Below, one piece after another: positions 57,327 to 64,000 of a DNA stretch of 64,000 nucleotides. The stretch covers positions 103-64,102 of the forward strand of contig CAZSCE010000001.1 of assembly GCA_964605355.1 (NCBI GenBank), written 5' to 3'. Positions within the stretch are counted from its first letter, which is position 1. Every line of letters begins with the position of its first letter. The DNA is from an uncultured Candidatus Saccharibacteria bacterium. GTDB lineage: Bacteria; Patescibacteriota; Minisyncoccia; Phycocordibacterales; GWA1-40-21. The notes below the pieces were generated by a model, which made no database searches, was not told where the DNA came from, and was given only the letters and a program-made list of their open reading frames with translations. Both the position numbers and the translations under genes were made by a program.

Positions 57327-58367
57327 TTATGACAGGGGTGGTTTAATAATCTTCCCCAACACTAACTCCAGAACCATCTCCGGCAGGTAAGCGTGGGAGA
57401 CTAAATCATAGTGGGATAATAGGGTGAGAAGGGTGTCAGAATTAATGGAAGATGGGGTTTGGGCGGAGAGAGATTTCAAGAAATTAAAATCTGTATCCGT
57501 CATTTCTTCCTTTAACTTTTCTTCTGATGATTTTAAAGTGCGGAGCAGTAATACGGCGCGGATTTTATGTAAAACCAGTTTAAAAAATAAAAGCAAATCA
57601 ATATTAGCCTCCGTGGCGGCAGAAACAGCGGAGAGGCCTAATTCTAAATTATTATCGGCAATCGCCCGAATAAAATCATTTACCAACTCCCCTTTTGGCG
57701 CCCCAGTGACCAGCACTACTTCATCTAGAGAAATCTTTTTATCTTTTGATGAACCCATCACTTTTTGTAAAATACTCTGGGCATCACGGAAAGAACCATC
57801 ACCCAGCAAGGCCACCAAATCAGCCGAGGCCGGCTCTAAAATAAAACCTTCTTTTTTAGCAATAGCAGTCACCACATCTTTCAAAACTTTCTGCGTTGGC
57901 TTTTTAAAGGAAAAAGTTTGGCAACGAGAAATAACGGTTTCCGGAATTTTCTCCGCCTCCGTGGTAGCCATAATAAAAATCACATGGGCTGGTGGCTCCT
58001 CCAGGGTTTTTAGCAAAGCGTTCCAGGCGGATTTTGAGAGCATATGGGCTTCATCTAAAATGTATACTTTGTATTTTGATTCAAAGGGAATGGTATTTAC
58101 ACTTTCATTTAAAGCCCGGATCTCATCCACACCATTATTAGAAGCGGCATCTATTTCTGTAATGTCATTGGCACTGGTCCCTATTTCATGAGCAAAGATT
58201 CTGGCTACGGAAGTTTTCCCTGTACCGCGGCTGCCGGAAAAAATATAAGCGTGAGCCAGGCGCTCCAGCTCAATAGAAGATTGTAAAACTTTTACAATAT
58301 GATCCTGACCCAAAACTTCTTTAAAATTTTGTGGACGGTATTTCCGATATAATGCGGTATCTGACAT
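57327..58367 (-). CDS. dnaX: DNA polymerase III gamma/tau subunit (short)
   Basis: LYRKYRP, GSRGTGKTS, EIDAASN, DEAHML, SRCQ; start moved to ATG 58367. Confidence 0.95.
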   Translation of the reverse strand: MSDTALYRKYRPQNFKEVLGQDHIVKVLQSSIELERLAHAYIFSGSRGTGKTSVARIFAHEIGTSANDITEIDAASNNGVDEIRALNESVNTIPFESKYKVYILDEAHMLSKSAWNALLKTLEEPPAHVIFIMATTEAEKIPETVISRCQTFSFKKPTQKVLKDVVTAIAKKEGFILEPASADLVALLGDGSFRDAQSILQKVMGSSKDKKISLDEVVLVTGAPKGELVNDFIRAIADNNLELGLSAVSAATEANIDLLLFFKLVLHKIRAVLLLRTLKSSEEKLKEEMTDTDFNFLKSLSAQTPSSINSDTLLTLLSHYDLVSHAYLPEMVLELVLGKIIKPPLS

Positions 58368-58407
58368 GAATGTAGTATAGCAGAAAAATAAAATAAAAAA
58401 ATACATG

Positions 58408-58660
58408 AAAAAAGGGCCGGCGCAGAAACTGGAAGCGCGCCGGCCCTCATACTCACCTACACGGATCCTTGTTGTGACTCACAACATTTTCCTTTCCCTT
58501 TGGGGGTTAAGGACTCTAATCTAGGATTTTGCTCCTCACTAGTGCTCGGGACTAGCTACATAGTGATTTGCGACATCTACGGCGTTTACCCCGCAGACCT
58601 AGATTGGATCACCTCCTTTCTTGTGTTATTGTCCCGCCCGCGAAAATTGTGAACTGTTCT
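58408..58660 (-). ncRNA. candidate structured RNA with extended SD-like sequence, ending in a terminator
   Basis: AGAAAGGAGGTGATCCAA, AATCTAGG/CCTAGATT closing stem, internal hairpins, terminator AGGGCCGGCGC/GCGCCGGCCCT-T run. Confidence 0.35.
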
Positions 58661-58886
58661 GCTGTACAGTGTATTCCTATTTTTTAAAAATGAAAAGGGT
58701 AAATTAAAATAACCTGTGGATAAAGGTAAAAAGAAGCGGGCAGTTCCAGAAGGAACTGCCCGCGATCTAACCAATATGGTTTTCTGATGGACCTTCCATG
58801 GTCAACCCCCTTTCATAGCTGTGTACTGTTACTGCCACTCCTGTGGCGACCTTAGATATACAAGTATAGCATACCCACTAAAATTG

Positions 58887-59873
58887 TCAATCTTTTGGCA
58901 GATAGGTGGAAATTATGCCCTTTACCTCTTGATATGACTCTGTGGCCATCAGTTTTACGCGTAATTCCTTGGCCCCGTCAAAACCGTTAACATAAGCCTT
59001 ATAATGCTTCTTTAGCACGGAGAAATTCTTCTCCTTACCTAATAATTTTTCAAATAATTTAGTATGTTCTAGCAAAGCTTTTAATTTTTCCTTGGTAGTA
59101 ATCACTTTTTTCTTTTTATTAAAAAACCACGGGTTACCAAAAGCTCCCCGCCCCACCATTATCCCGTCACAGCCGGTTTCCCGCGCCCGCGCTTCACCCT
59201 CAGCAATACTTTTTATATCACCGTTTCCAATCACCAGTATTTTTTTTCCACTCGCCCGCACCAGCTCTACCACTTTTTTTACTTGGCTCCAATCAGCGGG
59301 CGGGTCAGACATTTCTTTCATGGTCCGGGCATGAATAGTGAGTGCAGAAATATCTTCCTTTATTATTTCACTAATCCAGGACTCAAGTTCCGTTTTTTTA
59401 CTAAAGCCAATTCTGGTTTTAACAGAAATTGGCATATTTTTATTTCCCTTCTTGGCCAGTTTTGCCCCGGCAATAGCGGCCCGGATTATCTCCCGTGCTA
59501 GGTCTGGATTTTTTATCAAAGCGGAACCGGCGCCTTGTTTGACCACGCTTTTATCCGGGCAACCCATATTTATATCCAGTCCATCAAAGCCCAGTTCCGC
59601 CACCAAGGTACTGGCCCGCTTTATATTTTCCGGCTTAGCGCCAAATATCTGTGCCACTATTAGCCGTTCCTTATTTGAGAATTTAAAATGATGCAAGAGT
59701 TTCTTTTTTCCCACGGAGCACAGTCCATCTGCCGACACAAATTCCGTCCACAACACATCTGGTTTACCATATTTAGCAAACATCCCGCGGAAAGCCACAT
59801 CCGTCACATCCGCCATGGGTGCCAAGCAAAAAAACGGCCGCCCCTTTATTTTATTCCAAAAATTAGCTTTCAT
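58887..59873 (-). CDS. dus: tRNA-dihydrouridine synthase
   Basis: LAPMADVTD, DINMGCP, SVKTRIG, IHAR, GNGDI, MVGRG. Confidence 0.95.
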   Translation of the reverse strand: MKANFWNKIKGRPFFCLAPMADVTDVAFRGMFAKYGKPDVLWTEFVSADGLCSVGKKKLLHHFKFSNKERLIVAQIFGAKPENIKRASTLVAELGFDGLDINMGCPDKSVVKQGAGSALIKNPDLAREIIRAAIAGAKLAKKGNKNMPISVKTRIGFSKKTELESWISEIIKEDISALTIHARTMKEMSDPPADWSQVKKVVELVRASGKKILVIGNGDIKSIAEGEARARETGCDGIMVGRGAFGNPWFFNKKKKVITTKEKLKALLEHTKLFEKLLGKEKNFSVLKKHYKAYVNGFDGAKELRVKLMATESYQEVKGIISTYLPKD

Positions 59874-59886
59874 AATTGGCACTATA

Positions 59887-60711
59887 CTATATTTGTTTCT
59901 TTCCTACCACTATTTTATTATCAAAGCGTAAATCAATATAATTTATGGTACCGGCGTTTTTAGCCAGATCCAGATCCCCGGTTTGGATGGCGGTAAATAA
60001 ATTACCAAAGGATTGATCTAAACTGTTCTTTAAATTAAAAATTAAAGTTGGCCCATTTTCCAAACCAAATTTAAAATCCCGCTCATCATAGGCCACCGTG
60101 GTGACTTTTATTCCCTTTTTATCCAAAACATCTATCAAGCTGAATATTTGAGTATAAAGTGTGGGTGTCAGGAAATATCCACCAATAGTACTCGTGGTAG
60201 TACCATAATCCCGAATAAACATATTACCGGAAAAAGTAGGTGCTAAATTATAAATGAGGCCGGTATTATCTACAAAATAGCAGTCAGCCTTTACCGCCGG
60301 ATCAGACCCACACCAAGCAGAATGCGCCTTGCGCTCCTCCACCTTTATGGATATCTGTTGCCAATTATCAAAATTAATATCCACACTTTTTATAGTCTTT
60401 AATTTAGTCAGTATATCCTGCTTGATTTTAAGACGCGGAAAGATCAAGGAATTACTCCGAGAAAATAAATACCAATACCGCCCGGCCATGTCCCGGTTAG
60501 CAATTTTTAAAATATCATCTGTGGCCACCGCGGCATTACCGGAAACTATAATAGTCTGAATTTTCACTTTCTCATGACTGGAGAAAATAGCCAAAGTAAA
60601 AATAATCACCGCCAGTAAAATAAAAATAATAGTCAGTCTAATGTAAAACAACCTTCGCCTTTTCAGCCGGACTTGTGACGGGCCTAAATTTAAATTTCTA
60701 GTAACTGACAT
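59887..60711 (-). CDS. FtsQ/DivIB-like cell division protein
   Basis: basic N-terminus, TM, POTRA-like VSGN region, C-terminal YIDLRF. Confidence 0.7.
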   Translation of the reverse strand: MSVTRNLNLGPSQVRLKRRRLFYIRLTIIFILLAVIIFTLAIFSSHEKVKIQTIIVSGNAAVATDDILKIANRDMAGRYWYLFSRSNSLIFPRLKIKQDILTKLKTIKSVDINFDNWQQISIKVEERKAHSAWCGSDPAVKADCYFVDNTGLIYNLAPTFSGNMFIRDYGTTTSTIGGYFLTPTLYTQIFSLIDVLDKKGIKVTTVAYDERDFKFGLENGPTLIFNLKNSLDQSFGNLFTAIQTGDLDLAKNAGTINYIDLRFDNKIVVGKKQI

Positions 60712-60719
60712 ATTTCTTT

Positions 60720-60813
60720 AGAGCTCTGGTATTGTTCTAATTTTTTGTCGCGTAGGACCCACCCGTACTCGGGAAGGGTGAAGCGCAAATAATTTGAATA
60801 ATACCAGAGCTCT
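60720..60813. repeat. structured repeat family A, copy 3
   Basis: core at 60758-60784; arms AGAGCTCTGGTATTGTTC.. / ..GAATAATACCAGAGCTCT. Confidence 0.85.
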
Positions 60814-60821
60814 TAATAATA

Positions 60822-62087
60822 CTACTTCGTTATCACACTTTTCCCCATATATTTTTGTAGCACCTCCGGTATTTTAATAGACCCATCAGCTTGCTGGAAA
60901 TTTTCTACCAAGGAAACCAAGATACGCGGTGTAGGGATGGCGGTACAGTTCAACGAATGAGTATAGTGAGTTTTCCCTTCGGCATCACGATATTTAATAT
61001 TTGAACGGCGGGTTTGGAAATCATGAAAATAGGAAGCCGAGGAAATCTCCCGGTATTTATTTTCTTTTGGCACCCAGAGCTCGATGTCATATTTCTTTAC
61101 TTGTCCCAGGCCCAAATCCCCACCACAGTTCACCACCGTATGATAAGGGATGCCCAGTGACTCAATAAATTCTTGAGTGTTATGATTTACCTCCTCATGA
61201 TATTTTACGGACTCCTCGTGGCTGGCCTCACAAATGATCACTTGTTCTAATTTATAAAACTCATGAACACGGATAAGTCCCTTCACATCTTTAGTATGAC
61301 TACCCACTTCACGCCTATAACAAGGAGAAAAGCCTAAATACCTCTTTGGTAATTCCTTCTGATCCAAAATTTCACCGGAGTGATAAGCCATGAGCGGTAC
61401 TTCTGCAGTACCAGCTAAATAATCACCGTCCTGAGTTTTATACAAATCATCTTCACCTTGGGGTAAATATCCGGTACCAAGCAGGGCTTCTCTTCTATCT
61501 ATAATTGGTGGCAACACTGGGATAAAATTTCTATTGGAGAAAAATTCCATCGCATAATTCCAAATAGCCAGTGAAAGTCTGGCTCCGTCACCCATCAAGA
61601 AATAACCACGAAAGCCGTGTACTTTTATTCCACGTTCAAAATCCACCATTTTCAAACTAGTCATAAGCGCCACGTGATCCTTGGCTTCAAAATCAAATTT
61701 TGGTTTTTCACCCCAAACAAAAATTTCCTTGTTATCAGCATCAGTGTCACCCTCGGGCACAGTCATATCCGGAATATTTGGCACCTGGAGCATCAGGCCC
61801 TGCCACTGCTTCATAATTTCTTTTAATTCTTCCTCACCTTTCATCAAAGCATCCTTTACCACTTTCATCTCATCTATCAGTTGCTTCTTTTCTACCGGAT
61901 TTTGGATTTTAATTATTTCATCACTAAATTTATTTTGCTCCGCTTTCTTATTTTCAGTAAAAGTTAGTAATTCCTTTCTCTTGTCATCTATAGTAAGAAG
62001 GGCAGATACATCAAATGTAAGATGTTTCTTTTTGGCCCCCGCTTCAATCAAATCTTTATTTTCTCTAATGAATTTTATGTCTAACAT
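60822..62087 (-). CDS. serS: seryl-tRNA synthetase
   Basis: MLDIKFIREN, GTAEVP, CYRRE, GLIRVHEF, EISSAS. Confidence 0.98.
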   Translation of the reverse strand: MLDIKFIRENKDLIEAGAKKKHLTFDVSALLTIDDKRKELLTFTENKKAEQNKFSDEIIKIQNPVEKKQLIDEMKVVKDALMKGEEELKEIMKQWQGLMLQVPNIPDMTVPEGDTDADNKEIFVWGEKPKFDFEAKDHVALMTSLKMVDFERGIKVHGFRGYFLMGDGARLSLAIWNYAMEFFSNRNFIPVLPPIIDRREALLGTGYLPQGEDDLYKTQDGDYLAGTAEVPLMAYHSGEILDQKELPKRYLGFSPCYRREVGSHTKDVKGLIRVHEFYKLEQVIICEASHEESVKYHEEVNHNTQEFIESLGIPYHTVVNCGGDLGLGQVKKYDIELWVPKENKYREISSASYFHDFQTRRSNIKYRDAEGKTHYTHSLNCTAIPTPRILVSLVENFQQADGSIKIPEVLQKYMGKSVITK

Positions 62088-62147
62088 ATGATTACTATTT
62101 AATAATTATTATACTTACATAATATAGGAAAAATAGGAAATAGACAA

Positions 62148-63065
62148 ATGCCATGTTACTATTGGCCCAGAATGAAAATATTACACGTAATGGATCAAGA
62201 CTTCCCTATTCGTGAACTAAAGAAAAAGGAATTTCCGCCTCAGTTATTACAAATTCCCCAAACCCCAGAGAAACTCTATATTAGAGGTGAACTCCCCGGG
62301 CCAGATACCAAATTACTTTGCGTGGTAGGTAGTAGACGTTATACAAACTATGGTAAGGAAGCTTGTGAAAAACTAATTGCCGGCCTCCGCGGTTATGATG
62401 TGGCTATTGTCTCCGGCCTAGCTATTGGTATTGATGGTATTGCGCATGAGGCCGCCATGAATACGGGATTAAGAACCATTACTGTGCCTGGCTCCGGCCT
62501 GGGCGTCAGCGCCATTCACCTAATTGCTCATGTGGGGCTAGCCAAAAGAATATTGGACTCTGGTGGCTGTATGTTATCTGAATACGAGGCTGATTTTAGA
62601 TCAACCCTTTGGAGTTTTCCGCAGAGAAATAGACTTATGGCGGGCTTATCTTGTGCGGTCATGGTTATTGAGGCGGAAATAAAATCCGGGACATTGATAA
62701 CTTCCAGAATGGCCACGGATTATAATAAAGATGTGCTCACCGTACCGGGAAATATTTTTTCTAAAACCTCTGAAGGCCCGCATATGCTAATCCGCCTTGG
62801 TGCCACCCCCATAACCAAACCAGAAGAACTGATAGAGGCGCTGGGTTTTAAAAATAAAAATGAAAAGCCTAGAAATTTGGAATTAGAGTATAATGAATGC
62901 AGTCCGGAAGAGAAAAAAGTAATTGCCTTTTTGCGCGCGCCCACAGAGAAAGATGAGCTCCTCCGCTCCCTCAATATGCCTGTAGGCCAAGCCAACGCCG
63001 TCCTCTCCGTCATGGAGCTGAAAGGCCTCATCAAAGAAACCCTCGGTGAAATCCATTTGACATAA
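62148..63065 (+). CDS. dprA: DNA processing protein DprA (true start may be 62172 or 62190)
   Basis: VVGSRR, VSGLAIGIDG, FPQRNR, KSGTLIT, C-terminal winged helix. Confidence 0.95.
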   Translation: MPCYYWPRMKILHVMDQDFPIRELKKKEFPPQLLQIPQTPEKLYIRGELPGPDTKLLCVVGSRRYTNYGKEACEKLIAGLRGYDVAIVSGLAIGIDGIAHEAAMNTGLRTITVPGSGLGVSAIHLIAHVGLAKRILDSGGCMLSEYEADFRSTLWSFPQRNRLMAGLSCAVMVIEAEIKSGTLITSRMATDYNKDVLTVPGNIFSKTSEGPHMLIRLGATPITKPEELIEALGFKNKNEKPRNLELEYNECSPEEKKVIAFLRAPTEKDELLRSLNMPVGQANAVLSVMELKGLIKETLGEIHLT

Positions 63066-63116
63066 ATTTGACAAAATTTGGTGAAAATTATATTTTGTGC
63101 CATACTAGCAAAAGTT

Positions 63117-64000
63117 ATGAAATTATTAATTGTGGAGTCACCATCAAAAGCCAAAACCATTTCCAAATATTTGGATGGCAAATATGAAGTCCGCGCCAGC
63201 GTGGGGCATATTCGTGATTTACCAAAAAGTAATAAAAAGGCTATTGATATTCCCGGCGGCTTTATTCCCCATTATGAAATTTCCCCGGGTAAAGAAAAAG
63301 TGGTAGCCGAAATAAAATCCCTGGCTAAAAAAGCGGATGAAATATTATTAGCGACTGACCCAGACCGTGAAGGTGAAGCTATTGCCTGGCATATCAAAGA
63401 AGCCGTGGGCCTTAAGAATCCAAAAAGAATAGTTTTTTATGAAATTACCAAGGACGCGGTGCAGGAGGCCATGAAGCACCCGCGCGATATTGATGATAAC
63501 TTAAAGCAGGCCCAGGAAGCCCGCCGAGTTCTGGACCGCCTGGTGGGTTATGATTTATCCGGCCTTATTTGGAAAAAGGTGCGTTATGGGCTTTCTGCTG
63601 GCCGAGTCCAGTCCCCCGCCCTCCGTATTATTATGGAGCGAGAAAGAGAGATCCGCGCTTTTATCCCGGAAAGCTTTTGGGTAATTACCGCTGACACCCA
63701 AACCAAAGCAAAAGATAATTTACAATTAGTTTGTTCTGAGGAGCCACGAGATGAAAAAATAGTAAATAAAATATTAGAAGTTGGTAAGAAAAGTAAATGG
63801 ATAGTAAAGGATGTGACCGAGACCGAGGCCAAGCGTGTGGCCAAAGCGCCGTTCACCACTTCTACTCTACAGCAGGCCGCCAGCTCTAGGCTTGGTTTTG
63901 CCCCGTCTAGAACTATGGGTATTGCCCAGAAACTTTATGAAAGTGGTTATATTTCCTATATGCGTACGGACAGTGTAAACTTGAGTAAGGTGGCACTTGA
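63117..64000 (+). CDS. topA: DNA topoisomerase I, truncated by window end
   Basis: MKLLIVESPSKAKTI, ASVGHIRDL, ATDPDREGEAIAWH, SAGRVQSP, YMRTDS; absent from the ORF track because no stop lies in the window. Confidence 0.96.
   Translation, partial: MKLLIVESPSKAKTISKYLDGKYEVRASVGHIRDLPKSNKKAIDIPGGFIPHYEISPGKEKVVAEIKSLAKKADEILLATDPDREGEAIAWHIKEAVGLKNPKRIVFYEITKDAVQEAMKHPRDIDDNLKQAQEARRVLDRLVGYDLSGLIWKKVRYGLSAGRVQSPALRIIMEREREIRAFIPESFWVITADTQTKAKDNLQLVCSEEPRDEKIVNKILEVGKKSKWIVKDVTETEAKRVAKAPFTTSTLQQAASSRLGFAPSRTMGIAQKLYESGYISYMRTDSVNLSKVAL

Noticed and set aside
57424-58191. 255-aa + strand ORF
   Set aside because: Antisense to dnaX with no recognisable domain
58604-58621. 16S rRNA gene fragment
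   Set aside because: Only 18 nt match; the flanking sequence does not resemble helix 44/45, so it is not called rRNA
58408-58660. SRP RNA (ffs/scr often precedes dnaX)
   Set aside because: Conserved domain IV CAGG..GGAA..AGCAG motif not found
30546-58723. Replication origin suggested by DnaA boxes at 30546, 47566 and about 58715
   Set aside because: The boxes are single and far apart, with no cluster and no dnaA/dnaN nearby
8008-60813. CRISPR array or hammerhead ribozyme interpretation of repeat family A
   Set aside because: Copies are dispersed without spacers or cas genes, and no CUGAUGA/GAAA core is present on either strand
1-64000. Alternative genetic code 25 (as in Gracilibacteria/Absconditabacteria)
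   Set aside because: Conserved genes are full length under code 11 and several end in TGA (tgt, leuB, dus, dprA)

Overview
AT-rich bacterial chromosome segment using the standard genetic code (TGA is a stop). Gene content and style point to a Patescibacteria/CPR (Parcubacteria-like) genome; this is inference, not a database result. Most of the window is housekeeping: uvrA/uvrB, mreB x2, mreC, proS, rseP, frr, murA, priA-def-fmt, dnaB, recR, pyrG, rplU, mraZ-rsmH-ftsL-ftsI-murF, lysS, greA, pbp2, tgt, lexA, dnaX, dus, serS, dprA and topA (partial), plus tRNA-Glu(CTC) and tRNA-Gln(TTG). The most unusual signals are: (1) a ~90-nt structured repeat in three copies with an identical 27-nt core and covarying arms, each just upstream of a minus-strand start codon; (2) an HTH-LAGLIDADG-like ORF whose last codons and stop lie inside tRNA-Gln; (3) 63-bp inverted repeats bracketing rmuC; (4) multi-stem non-coding elements, one carrying an 18-nt match to the typical 16S rRNA 3' end; (5) a membrane-anchored degenerate Clp ATPase with a small membrane partner; (6) a GC-rich island with a leuC-leuD fusion and leuB; (7) an active plus catalytically dead M14 peptidase pair; (8) pervasive apparently leaderless genes. 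Several start codons below are corrected from the ORF track on that basis.
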